DNA from: Hypanus sabinus
Lineage: Eukaryota
Length of the DNA stretch: 64,000 bases
Direction of reading: 5' to 3'
NCBI RefSeq assembly: GCF_030144855.1
Contig: NC_082725.1
Span: forward strand, 46,128,001 to 46,192,000
Of this stretch, positions 13,026-26,992 are shown in pieces; position 1 is the stretch's first letter, and each line of letters begins with the position of its first letter. A model generated the notes under the pieces. That model did no database searches and was not told where the DNA came from. It was given only the letters and a program-made list of their open reading frames with translations. Position numbers and translations under genes: made by a program.

Positions 13026-14760
13026 TTGAATAACTACTTTGGTTCTGTCTTCACTAAGGAGGACATAAATAATCTTCCAGAAATAGTAAGGGACCGAGGG
13101 TCTAGTGAGATGGAGGAACTGAGGGAAATACATGTTAGTAGGGAAGTGGTGTTAGGTAAATTGAAGGGATTAAAGGCAGATAAATCCCCAAGGCCAGATG
13201 GTCTGCATCCCAGAGTGCTTAAGGAAGTAGCCCAAGAAATAGTGGATGCATTAGTGATAATTTTTCAAAACTCCTTCAATTCTGGATTAGTTCCTGAGGA
13301 TTGGAGGGTGGCTAATGTAACCCCACTTTTTAAAAAAAGGGAGAGAGAAACCGGGGAATTATAGACCGGTGAGTCTGACATAGGTGGTGGGGAAAATGCT
13401 AGAGTCGGTTATCAAAGATGTGATAACAGTACGTTCGGAAAGAGGTGAAATCATCGGACAAAGTCAGCATGGATTTGTGAAAGGAAAATCATGTCTGACG
13501 AATCTTATAGAATTTTTTGAAGATGTAACTAGTAGAGTGGATAGGGGAGAGCCAGTGGATGTGGTATAATTTAGATTTTCAAAAGGCTTTTGACGAGGTC
13601 CCACATAGGAGATTAGTGTGCAAACTTAAAGCACTCAGTACTGGGGGTATGGTATTGATGTGGATAGAGAATTGGTTGGCAGTCAGGAAGCAAAGAGTGG
13701 GAGTAAACGGGACCTTTTCAGAATGGCAGGCAGTGACTAATGGGGTACCGCAAGGCTCAGTGCTGGGACCCCAGTTGTTTACAATATATATTAATGATTT
13801 AGACAAGGGAATTAAATGCAGCATCTCCAAGTTTGCGGATGACACGAAGCTGGGCAGTGGTGTTAGCTGTGAGGAAGATACTAAGAGGATGCAGGGTGAC
13901 TTGGATAGGTTAGGTGAGTGGGCAAATTCATGGCAGAGTCAATTTAATGTGGATAAATGTGAGGTTATCCACTTTGGTTGCAAGAAGAGGGAAACAGATT
14001 ATTATCTGAACGGTGGCCGATTAGGAAAAGGGGAGGTGCAACAAGACCTGGGTGTCATTGTACACCAGTCATTGAAGCTGGGCATGCAGGTACAGCAGGC
14101 GGTGAAAAAGGCAAATGGTATGTTGGCATTCATAGGAAAAGGAATTGAGTACCGGAGCAGGGAGGTTCTACTGCAGTTGTACAAGGCCTTGGTGAGACCG
14201 CACCTAGAGTATTGTGTGCAGTTTTGGTCCCCTAATCTGAGGAAAGACATTCTTGCCATAGAGGGAGTACAAAGAAGGTTCACCAGATTGATTCCTGGGA
14301 TGGCAGGACTTTCATATGAAGAAAGACTGGATCGACTAGGCTTATACTCACTGGAATTTAGAAGATTGAGGGGGGATCTTATTGAAACGTATAAAATTCT
14401 AAAGGTATTGGACAGGCTAGATGCAGGAAGATTGTTTCCGATGTTGGGGAAGTCCAGAACGAGGGGTCACAGTTTAGGGATAAAGGGGAAGCTTTTTAGG
14501 ACCGAGATGAGGAAAAACTTCTTCACACAGAGAGTGGTGAATCTGTGGAATTCTCTGCCACAGGAAACAGTTGAGGCAGGTTCATTGGCTATATTTAAGA
14601 GGAAGTTAGATGTGGGCCTTGTGGCTGAAGGGATCAGGGAGTATGGAGAGAAAGCAGGTACAGGGTTCTGAGTTGGAAGATCAGCCATGATCATACTGAA
14701 TGACGGTGCAGGCTCGAAGGGCCAAATGGCCTACTCCTGCACCTATTTTCTATGTTTCTA
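13026..14760 (+). mobile_element. Young 5'-truncated CR1 LINE (RT FADD), nested in an older CR1
   Basis: ORF 13559-14671 with [23 protein letters not shown]; 3' UTR ending in a TTCTATG-like microsatellite; few disruptions. Confidence 0.92.
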
Positions 14761-16974
14761 TAATCAATATCAATGATTTCAATGATGGCATGAAGTTTAA
14801 ATTTTAAAATGTTGATATTCATATATTCTTATACATACACGTTAGAAATTAATATGCAGATAACCAAACGATTAGGAAGGAAAACAATATCTTGTTGTAT
14901 AGAGGAGAGGTATATTACACAGGAGTAGTAAGACATCTTATGTGCTGCAAATGAACTTTATTTCATTGTACTGACAATGAATCAGAGCCAGTCAAATCCT
15001 TACCAGCATAGGCAAGGCGTGGTAGTTTTAGAAAATCCAGATTTCAATTGATGGTTTCATAGTTGGCCTTCTGATCAGGACATGATTAATTTTGGAGGGG
15101 GAAAAAAAACTGAACTTTGCAAAGTACACAAAATGCACCATGAGAATTTCAAGTCAAACAGAGGATTAGTCAGAGAACAGATCTCAATGGTTTGTTCACC
15201 TTTACCCTCACTACCGAAAAATAGCTCAAGAAAATATTAACTTACTGCTTGGTGCATGAAGATTCAAGAATCTAATCTTGACTGTGTGTTTCTCAAGATT
15301 TGTAAACTGAAGATGCAAGTTGGGCAAAATTATTTTACAAATTTTAAAACATTTAACCAGTCTGTGATAATGTTACATCTTTATAAAATAGAAGCATAAA
15401 CTGGGAAACCATCATGACAAATAAAATGGGAAAATGCTGAAAATACTCAAAGGTGCAAGAAAAGCATGGGTTTGAACTGCATTTCATAAACTAGTCTAGC
15501 ACTTCAGTGCAAATTTGCGAGCTTGTTAACTAATTTCTGTGACTTTATCCCTGAAAGAGGCTTCTTCCAAGTTAAGGTAAAAATAATGCATACTGTTTTC
15601 TGTTAATATGTTGAATTGGTGAGATTCATTTCATCAGGCAACCAATACAAGATGCTGCATCGTACAGAGCACTTGTTAACATTAAGGACATATTCACATA
15701 TCACCATTAGCATTATAGATTCAGATTCATTTATCATATATACATCAAACATACAGTGAAATGTGTTGTTTGCATTAGCAACCAATTCAATCCAAGGATG
15801 CACTGGGGTAGCCCCCAAGTGTTACTATACATTCTGGTGTCAACACAGCAAGTCCACAATATTCAACACAGGCAGCAATAACGTCAGTGCAATAGCATCA
15901 AAACTCCAACGGCCCCTTTACTCATACAAAAACACTACTGTGGTTTCAACCTCATAGCACTGTCGAGCCCATTGTAGAGTTATGTAATGGTGGAAACACG
16001 TGGGTAACTCACAAACACTGACACTGAGATGGGGTTCACATTAAGAGGCTATGTTTGATGTGATGACCTATTGATGTGAATGTTGCTACTGAACTTGATA
16101 TTCTGCGTTTGATTGACAATAAAGCTAGTTGCTATGGTTTTCCCTAAACTTAAGATGCCTTTGATGTTTTATTTATAAAAACCTAGTGTCAAAGAGAGAT
16201 CAATCTGACTATGACTGGCACTACTAACATTTGGTGTTTTTTTTTTTGACAGGAACATTGCACTTTCTACTTCAGTCCCAAATGGGCCAATTTAGCAAGA
16301 TCATATGCACACACAAAAGCCAGAGATAACTAAAGGACACGTTGACCATTGAACGATATTTGCTACTCTCCTGAAAAGAGCACCACGCCTTCTTTCACTT
16401 TCACTTAATTGGAATACTGCTCAAATCTCAACTTTTCACTGGGCAGTTCAAATCCATGCTGATGCTGCCTGTTCTGCTGAGCATTTCCCACACTGCTGCC
16501 GAGACAGAAGCCAGCTTTCTCTGTTACCTGTCTGGTCAAGTCTCCCCCTTTCCCGTCCACCAAACCATGTATTCAAAATTGTAATTCTTAATTTGACCAA
16601 AGGAGTTGAGTTGTGTTGTAGAGCCCAAGTTCCATTGTGAAGTGTAATAATGCCCTTGCTGGAGTACTCGATTCAACATAGTTTCGACAATGTACATCTC
16701 AGATTGAACAGAGAGAAGTTAAAAACAACAAAACTTATTAAAATTATATGGATATCTGTACTTTTCCCTCAGTGTGCTTTTGCACATTATATTATGAGAA
16801 GAGACAAGAACGGTCTTGAAACAGTAGCTTGAATTTTCTGAAGGGATGCTCATCCCCAGTGCTACAGTACATATTATAAGGGTAGTCAATCTAATGACAT
16901 TGCTTTTTCCATTTTACCCATTAGAATAGAAAGCAACTATTATGTATTTTGCAAATACCAAAATTACTGCTGAG

Positions 16975-19900
16975 TTAGAGAGCTAGGCAGGAAAAATGAG
17001 GAGATCCTAAAAAAAGAATTTGGGGAGCTAGGCAGAAAGATGAAGAGCAGGACCTCCAGAGTAGCAATCCCTGGGTTGCCGCCTGTGGCAAACGCCAGTG
17101 AGAGTAAGAATAGGATGATTTGGCAGATAAAGGTGTGACTGAGAAACTGGTGAAGGGGGCAGGGTTTAAAAACATTTCTGGATCATTGGAATCTCTCCTG
17201 TGGAAGGTATGACTGGTACCAAAGGGACAGGTTACACCTGAACCCGAGGGGGAACCAATATCCTTCCTGCCAGGTTTGTCGGAGCTATAGTGAAGGATTT
17301 GAATTAATTTGGCAGGGGGAAGGGAACCAGAGCGATAGGACTGTTGGTTTACAAGCCAGTGGCAGAGTGTAGTCAGACCATCAGGACAGGCAGTTGATAG
17401 GGCAAAATTGGAGTCAGCAGGATGAATTGCAGTGTAAAATGGGGACAAAATTGAAAAGAACGATGCATACATGACTGAAGGTGTTATAATTGAATGCATA
17501 CAGTATTCGGAATAAGGTTGATGATCTTACAGCGCAGTTACAGATCGGCAGGTATAACATTTGGACATCACCAAGCTGTGGCTGAGAGAGATTATAACTG
17601 GGAGCTTAATGTCCAAGGATACACATTGTATCAAAAGGACAGGCAGGTAGGCAATGGGGCTCTGTTGGTAAAAAAATGAAATCAAATCCTCAGAAAGAGG
17701 TAACACAGCATCAGAAGGCGTTGAATCTTTGTGAACAGAGTTAAGAAACTGCAAGGGTAAAAAAAACCCTGGTGGAGTTACATACAGGCCTCCAGACAGT
17801 AGCCAGGATGTGGGTTACAAAGATAGAAAAGACACGTCCAAAGGACAATAGCAAAGGGGGATTTCAATATGCAGGTTGATTGGGAAAAATCAGGTTAGTG
17901 CCGGATCCCAAGAGAGAATTTGTAGTGTGCCTACAAGATGGCTTTTTACAGCAGCTTGTGGTTGAGCACACTAGGGGATCAGCATTTCTGGATTGGGTAT
18001 CGTGTAATGAACCAGAATTGATCACACAGTTTTAGGTAAAGGAACCCTTGGGAGGTTGTAATCATAAAATGATAATATTCACCTGGCAATCTGTGAGGTA
18101 GAAGAGTCAGACGTATCAATATTACAGTGGAGTAAAAGAAATTACAGAGACCTGAGAGGGGAGCTAGCCAAAGTTGCTTGAAAGGGAAACTGCCAGGGAT
18201 GATGGCAAAACAGCAAAGGCTGGAGTTTCTAGGATCAATTCAGAAGGTTAGATTGGAAGCACTGATATATCATAAAGTATTCTAAAGGCAGGATCACACA
18301 ACTGTGGCTGTCAAGCAAAGTCAAACCAACAAAAAAGCAAAAGAGAGAAAATATACTAGAGCAAAGATTAGTGGGAAGTTAGAGGATTGGGAAACTTTTA
18401 AAAACAAACAAAAGGCAAGTGAGAAGCCATAAGAGGAGGGAAAAGACAAAATATGAAGATAAGTTAGCCAACAATATCAAAGAGGATACCAAAAGCTTTT
18501 TCAGATATATATGAGTAAAAGAGAGAAGAGAGTAGATATTGGGCTGCTTGAAGATTATGCTGGAGAGGTAGTAATACAGGGCAAGGAACTGGCAGATGAA
18601 CTGAGTAAGTATTTTGCATCAGTCTTCAGAGTCGAAGACACTAACTGTATGCCAGAAGTTCAAGAGTGTCACAGGGCATAAGAGAGTGTAGTTGTTAGTC
18701 TCAGGGAGAAAGTACTTGGGAAACTGGAAGGTCTGAAAGTACACAAGTCACTTAAACCAGATGACCTACCCCAAGGGTTCCGAAAGAGGTACCTGAAGAA
18801 ATTGTGGAAGCATTAGTAATGATCTTTCAAGAATCACTTGATTCTAAATTCTGGAGGACTGGAAAATGCAAATGTCACTCAACTCTTCAAGAAGGGAGGG
18901 AGGCAGAAGAAAGGAAATTATTAACTTAACTTCAATGGTTGGGAAAATGTTGGAGTCTATTGTTAAGGATAAGGTTTCAGGGTACTTGAAGGCACATGAT
19001 AAAACAGGTCATAGTCAGCGTGGTTTCCTTAAGTGAAAATCTTGCCTGAAAATTCTGTTGGAATCCTTTGAGGAAATAACAAGCAGGATAGACAAAGGAG
19101 AATTGGTGGATATTGTGTACTTGGATTTTCAGATGGCCTTTGACAAGGTACAGCACACGAGGCTGTTTAACAAGGTAAGAGCCCATGGTATCACAGAAAA
19201 GATACCTGCATGGTTAAAGCATTGGCTGATTGGTAGGGGACAAAGGGTATCTTTACTGATTGGCTGCCAGTGACTAGTGGTGTACTCCAGGGGTCAGTTT
19301 TGGACTGCTTGTTTTTACATTGTACATCAACGATTTAATGATGGAATTGATGGCTTTGTGGCCAAGATTGCATATGAAGATAGGTGGGGGGCAGGTAGTG
19401 TTGGGGAAGCAGGGAAACTGCAGAATGACTGGGTCAGATTAGGAAAATGGGCAAAGAAGCAGCAAACTGAATACAGTGTCAGGAAGTCTATGCTCAAGCA
19501 ATTTGGTAGAAGGAATAAAAGCAGAGATTATTTTCTAAACAGTGAGAAAATTCAAACTTCGGTGGTGCGCAGGGATTCCCTGAAGGTTAAATTACAGGTT
19601 GAGTTGGTGGTGAGGAAAGCAAACGCAATGTAAGCATTCATTTGAAGAGAACTAGAATATAAATGCAAGGATATAATGCTGAGACTTTGAGGCATTGGGG
19701 AGGCATCTCTTGCAGTACCGTGAGCAATTTGGAGCCCCTTATTTAAGAAAGGCTGTGCTGACATTGGAGAGGGTTCAGAGGGGGTTCATGAGAATGCTAC
19801 TGAGAATGAAAGGCTTATCGTAGGAGCAAAATTGATGGCTCTGGCATTTACTCACTGGAATTTAGAAGAATGAGGAGGGATCTCATTGAAACCTTTCGAA

Positions 19901-20238
19901 TGCAGAAAGGCCTAGATAGAGTCAATGTGAAGAGGATGTTTCTTATGATGGGGGACCAAAGGTCACTGCCTCAGAATAGAGGGACATCCATTTAGAACAG
20001 AGAGGAGGAGGAATTTCTCTAACCAGAGGGTGGTGAATCTGCAGAATTCATTGCCACATATGGCTGTGGAGGCCAGGTCGCTGTGCACATGTGACAGATT
20101 CTTAATCAGGGAATGAGGGCTATGGGAAGAAGGCAGGAGAATGGTTTTGAGCGCGAAATGGAGCAGCCATGATGAAATGGCGGAGCAGACTCAATGGGCC
20201 AAATGACCTAATTCTGCTCCTATGTCTTATTGTCTTAG
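16975..20238 (+). mobile_element. Long degenerate CR1 (ORF1 esterase-like remnant, APE, RT, 3' UTR)
   Basis: Remnants of an LHLN..G esterase motif, GDFN, YLDFQMAFDKV and a CR1 3' tail; many stops. Confidence 0.85.
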
Positions 20239-23200
20239 ATAATCCCATTATCTGCATTAATGACTGTGTCGCTTCCAGCTGCTACCATCCGGGAAATGGT
20301 ACCGTGGGATAACAGTCAGGACCAACAGGCTCCGGGACAGCTTCTTCCACCAGACCATCAGACTGCTTAACTTATGCTGACGCAACTGCATTTCTATGTT
20401 ATATTGACTATCTTGTTGGACATACTATTTATTATAAATTACTATAATTGCACATTGCAGACTTAGAGACATAACGTAAAGACTTTTACTTCTCATGTAT
20501 ATAAAGGATGTAAGTGATAAAGTCAATTCAATAACAATTAACCTGATTTCAAAAGCTTCTGGACTGAAACACCAGCACAAAACTTCTCAGATTTCTAAAA
20601 TGGTGCTGTGATATAACATTGTCATTGAGAATTGCTAGAAAAGGACTAATGACTGTAGACAAGTGCCCTACCTACAATCCAGAAGAATAATCCCAGATTT
20701 GAGCAATATTTTACAGAAGGCACTGCCTTTTCTTGCTATCTGAGTCACAGAGGGGTCAAAGCCATGAAAGTGGCAGTCCAATCAGGACATCAAAATCAGC
20801 ACAGGAAAATATGTAGTGCATAAATGATGGCACTTGTCAACTGCTTCAGAAAATAAATCTCAAAGTAATATATACATACTTCGATAATAAATTTACTTGG
20901 AATTTTGTATTTTCTTTTAATCGCATGGATATGTCATCAGAAAGATGTACTGCAAATCTGTAGGGGAGTCTGTGTCATTGTCTCAGCTTTCATAAAACTC
21001 ATCTATTTCAACAATTCAATGGAATGAAAAATCAGCATGTATGAATAGTCTGTTGCACGCTGCATGCCATTGTAAATGAGAATTTTTTTTTAACTTGCCA
21101 CTCAGGCATTTAAAAAAGAATTCTCAACAAAGGAAAATGTCAATAATCTTGAGCGAGGTATTTTGTATTGTGTGCCCTAAGTGAGATTTATGTCCTCACC
21201 TTTCAACTTCAAATACTTTATCATCACGAACTGCAACAAGTATGATTTAACAAGGGACAATGAAACTTCTATAGCTCATTGTGAAAGATGGGAACCACAG
21301 GACATATTCTGACCATATTAGTTTTAAAAAGCAATCAACTGAAAAAGATAATTTGAAGAATCCCTGCATGCAAATTACTACCTTCAGGTGAAACACCTCA
21401 ACTTCAATAATTTTCTTTCCATATTTCCAAATTCAGTGGCCCTGCAGAACCAAGAACTATGTTAGCAAAGGCCTCAAGATGTATTATAACAATCCTATCT
21501 TTCAGTGTCAAGTTTAAAATTTCTTATTTATGACTGCATGCAGTGTGACTACTGACCATTCATACATGTGCACTGAATTGCTGATCTTTATTACCTTATT
21601 GTCTGAGCTAGGACATCAAAAGCAAGTCTTTCACATTCACTCAGTGATGCAGCCATATCTTTTGGCACTGACACCAAGTTCAATTTCCAAATTATCACCG
21701 AAACTATCAAAGGATTGACCATTGATTATCTCTTCCTCGTTACTTGCATATAACTCTAAATAACTTTATCCACTGACACTGGCTCATCTTCAAGATCTAC
21801 ACTGTAGTCACCCACCCCACCATTCTCCAATCCATCACTACCTGTTTAGGTCTCATTGACTTCTCTGTGTTTAAAAGTGCTGATCCCATTTCTCCAATTT
21901 GAGCATGTTCGGCTTTTGTTACTCGTGTAGCTGGAGTAACCATGCTCAAGTTACGGAACCAACTAGAGTTCTAGACTCTGATTACCACTACACAACAACC
22001 TGATTGTGCTCAACTGTAGCCAAACCCTCTGAAATTCATGCAAAATGAGTACCTAGATTTACATGAGGCACACCGCCCTGAACCAAATACTGGCGGCTAC
22101 AGGCCCACAGAAGGTAGTGTTGGAAACAATTATTTAAAATTCTAAAGTGTAGTTCTCCAACCTACACTTCCATCAGACCAGGACAGAGAAGGCTAATGCA
22201 TCACCACTGACGTTCATAGACATTATTATCACCAGTTCCATCACAATCAACATCCTGGGGTCACCACTGTTAAGAAACATGCTCAGCCAATCTCTCACAC
22301 ATCATCAAAGCAGTTTATTTTCTTACTACAACAGAGGAGGCCATTAAGACTGTATTAGGCCCTAAAGCAATCCAACCAGCACCATTCCTTATTTTCCCAA
22401 TACCTTCTAGCTTATTCTTTCCCTAATGTTCAAGTTCCATAAGATCCCTTTGATTATTACCTAAACACTGGGGTAAATTACAGTAACCCCTTAACTAATC
22501 AGCAAGTCCCTGGAATGAGAAGAGAGGAAATTCACCAGGTCACAGGGAGAACGTGCAGACTTCACACAGACTGTACTCAAGGTGAAGAGCCAGGGAAAGG
22601 TCTCCATCCAAAACATTGGCCTCCCATTTCCTTTGTTCAGAAGCTGGGTATCCTGAAGTTGCATTTTCTGATACTCCAAAGCCTTTCACTGAAAAACAAC
22701 GAACTGTACAGAGATCTTCAACCTGTGTTGACCAGGACATCAAATTAAACTAATGCCATCTGCTTGCACATCATCTACAAGCCACAGATCGGGAGTTTGG
22801 TGCGATGCATTTCATCAGCGCGCAGTGAAACCTCTCACCACAACAGCAAGCTGTTTGCATGAAAACCAACCTAATTAAATATTTGACCCCTTCAAGATGC
22901 ACCGCAGTTGCTCACCAAGGCTTTGTCCCTCATAGAAAGGTTCCAACAAATAAGGGATAACAAGATTATTTAAAATAGCCCAACGTGCTGCATAATGATG
23001 TGCAAAATACTAGTTTTCGCTCTCCAGTACATGCGAAGATTAGCCGCTCAACCACGGAGTGCATAACCTCGTTGGAGGATTGTGAGACAGCAAACTTAAG
23101 GCAAAACAATGCCCAGTGTTAATATTGCAGAAATTCGTTCTACCCTTACCGCAGCAAATCAACATGAATACATCATCCCCGTGAACAATGAATTTAGATT

Positions 23201-23589
23201 ATGACGACATGCAAGGCTCTGCAAGTATTCAAACCGGTAAAAGAGCTCCGAACTCGTCTTTACCCCGGGCAAATCCACCTGAGGAACCCGAACCGATCCA
23301 CTTAAAGTGCTTTCGGCGCCTTAGTTTGTTTTTTTAACTCCCACGGTGTAACTGCTATCGGAAGGAACCGTCTCTTAAGCAATTTCTCAGAAGTAAATCA
23401 GATGCAATTGTGCAACTGCATATAGCAAATGCTGCAGTCTGACGACAAAGTGTGAAGTTTAAAGTCAACACTAACCTGCAACATTTGAAGTAGGACCGTT
23501 GAACACAGGTTACCTTGTATTGAGTGCAGATACAGTCGGCACTCTATAGTACTTGGTAGGTACAGTCTCGCTTGTCGATACATAAACTC

Positions 23590-23830
23590 CAAGAGTTTCC
23601 ATTACCTGCCCGGCTGCAGCCACCTCCGCGGTGATTGACAGCTGGTTCCCGTGCGGATCCCGTGGAGCCCACTGGCCAATCAGCGGCCGCAACCTCCCGC
23701 CGATCCTCCAATCACCTCCACTGGCTGTCACAAACATTCCGCGCCAGAGCGTCCTCAGCTGGCACGCCGGTTATGTCTGACACATGACCGCAGTTGCGAA
23801 TGGTCGGAATATTTCCCTGCGAAAAGAAAG
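23590..23830 (-). promoter_or_regulatory. CpG-rich promoter-like island with two CCAAT boxes; gene unidentified
   Basis: Local CpG enrichment outside any recognised repeat; GGCCAATCAG and CTCCAATCAC; minus-strand donors CAG|GTAATG (~23605) and AG|GTAACC (23514/13). Confidence 0.45.
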
Positions 23831-25767
23831 GTAGCTGCGTGAAATATTCAGTCTATATTAACTGTTGAAAATTTCTGCTCAGCTACGCAGATAAATATGA
23901 TAGTGGAGTACATCCTACAGGAAGTGTGACTAAGTACATTAGCAGAGTGGGTGCTGTGCAAGAAATTTGTCGCCCTTACGCCCAGAAACTAACATAATTT
24001 TATTAGCCCATTATGCTATAATGTAACCAAGGACTGTAAGTGTACAGAATGAGAGGTGAGTTTAATCATATTTTTCTAAATTCCTGTGGTTTTCAACCAT
24101 ACGGTAAGCTTTAAATATTAAATTAAATAGTAATTATCCCTCACCTTCCCCCCCCCCCCCCCAACGCCAATGGGTCAAGTATTGGAAATGCTAATAGTGG
24201 AAACGTTAAAAAGTTAGAAGAGCACCTTGATTATTTGTACAATGGGAAACCATGTTTACATATGGTGTTTCAGATCAGTGTGCAGTCAGCTTGTAACACG
24301 AAGAATTATAGATGTATGGCGAATTTTGAGTTTGTATTTCCCCACCTGAACTGTAACCCCATTGTAAATATACAATTGTGTTGAAATTGACTTCCCACTT
24401 GAGGTGAACCACCTTTTATAAGTGCAACTCCATTGTATTTGGAGATAACTATAGTCCCAGTTGCTGACTTTGGTTAAGAGTGCTCAAGGAGCTTTCATGA
24501 TTTCCCAACCCATACAGGTATATATTTACATTTATGTGAACTGTTATTATAATTTTAAATTATCTTTCTAAAATAATTTACAGTTTAACTTTCAGAAACA
24601 GGCTTTAGACTGATATCAATTTTAGGTAGGCATTGCTTATTCTGGCTCTTGCAGGGATCCAGATGTCTTTGACAGGGAAGTTATTACTGGGAGGTTCACA
24701 TGAGGCACTTGTAAAAGTATCAAGCAGTGAATGAACTGGGGAATTCTGAGCCACTATTTTTAGTTTATAAATTGGTTGCTGTCAAATCATGGCACACCTC
24801 TCAGAGTTTGTTGTTACAGTCAAAACCAATAATTCAACCTGAATATCAATATTTGATGCATTATTTGCACTGTGGGCAAAATCAGAAAATTTTAGGCATT
24901 GGGAACTAAGGTGCAACTGAGATTTTAACAAAGCATTAAATCATAGTCGTGCTGAACAATGCAGTTGCTCCAATCACAAACCTGAACCCCAGTTCTCCCA
25001 AAATTGACCCCCTTTCCACTTTCAGTGTCCGTCTCTGACTCCAGAAACACTATGCCCCTTGTACTTCCCTCTCCTGCAATCACGTCATGACCTAGGTCTG
25101 ATTTACCTGCTTGTTCTACACTTAGAGTGTATAAAACATGCAGAATCTTTTCAATTGCACACAACTCATTGAGTCTTATCTTGTAAAAACAGATGAACTT
25201 TTTCAAGAAGTGAAGAACTTTTATGTCCATAACTTTTAAAAGTTTGTTATTTTGACTTCAACCTTAATGTTCAAGTCCTCTTGTGGAAGTCTCAGTGAAG
25301 TCATCAGTAGTCTAGGGCAGTTGTAGCCAAGTGAGACTGCCAGAGATGAGATAGACTGTGGCAGTATGTACTCAAGCCAGTGTGAATCCTCTGTAGTGAC
25401 ACATTTTGGGAAAGGTCTTTCTAAAACTTACCATCCCTTTACACAATGGGGGTGCCAGAGATAGACAAGATAACAAGAGGATGTGAAGCATATCCAACAA
25501 GGCTCAATTGTCTTTGCTAACTTCAAAATATTATCAGCTGTCCACTCAAAGTTTCAATTGATTTTAACACCTCTACTGTGAGTGGCGATTGGTCTTATGA
25601 GTAAGGAATTCAAACATGTACAATTTACAATAATAAATACCTATAACCAATAAACCAATTCTGTATAAAAATAACACAGACAGAATGCTGGAGGGACTCA
25701 GCAGGCCAGGCAGTATCTATGGAAAAGAGTAAACAGTTGATGTGTCATGCTAAGACCCTTCATCAGG

Positions 25768-26992
25768 ACGGACCTCAAGAGAGAGAATTTGTAGAATGTC
25801 TAAGGGATAGCTTTTTAGAACAGCTTGTTGTTGAGCCCACTAGGGGATTGGCTGTGCTGGGTTGGGTGTTGTGCTATGATCTGGAGGTGGTAAGAGAGCT
25901 TAAGGTTAAGGAACTCTTAGGGAATACGATCGTTCACTTTGAAATTTGAGAAAGAGAAACTAAAATCCAATGTTTGGTATTTCAGTGGAATAAAGGAAAT
26001 TACAGAGGCGTGACAGGGGAATTGGCCAACGTTGACTGGAAAGTATTTCAATGATTTGGACTATGGAATTAATGGATTTGTGGCTAAATTTGCCAATGAT
26101 ACAAAGATAGGTGGAGCAGCTGGTAGTGTTGAGGAAACAGAGAGACTAAGATAGTTTAGGGGAATGGGCAAAGAAGTGACAGATGAAATACAATGTTGGA
26201 AAGTGTATGGTCATGCACTTTTGTGGAAGAAATAAATGGGCAGATTATTATTTAGATGGGGAGAGAATTCAAAATGCAGAGATACAAAGGGACTTGGAGT
26301 CCTTGTGCAGGATATCCTAAAGGTTAACCTCGAGATTGAGTCGGTGGTGCAGAAGGAAAATGCAATGTTGGCATTCATTTCTAGAGGTATAGGATATAAG
26401 AGCAAGGATATGATGTTGAGACTCTGTACGGCATTCATGAGACCACACTTGGATATTGTATGCAGTTTTGGGCTTCTTATTTTGAAAAAGGATATACTGA
26501 CATTGGAGAGGGTTCAGAGAAGATTCATAAAATGATTCCAAGAATAAAAGGGTTACTGTATGAGGAACATCTAGCAGCTCTTGGGCTCTATTCCCTGGAA
26601 TTCAGGGTAATGAGGGGGTTCTCATAGAAACATTCTGAATGTTAAAAGGCCTGAACAGATAAGATATGGCAAAGTTATTTCCCATGGTAGGGGAGTCTAG
26701 GACAAGAGGGCACAACTTCAGGATTGAAGGACATGCATTTAGAACAGAGATGCAGAGAAATTACTTTAGTCAGAGGATGGTAAATCTGTGGAATTTGTTG
26801 CCACGAGAAGCTGAGGAGGACAAGTCATTGGTTGCATTTAAGGCAGAGATAGATAGATTTTTGATTAGCCAGGGCATCAAAGGGTATGGAGTAGAAGGGA
26901 GGAGAGTAGGGATGACTGGAAGAATTGGATCAGCCCACAATTGAATGGCAGAGCAGACTCGATGGGCTGAATGGCCTATATCTTATGGTCTT
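25768..26992 (+). mobile_element. Degenerate CR1 fragment with internal deletion
   Basis: FLEQLVVEPTRG, RPHL, ESRTRGHN and a CR1 3' UTR. Confidence 0.8.
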
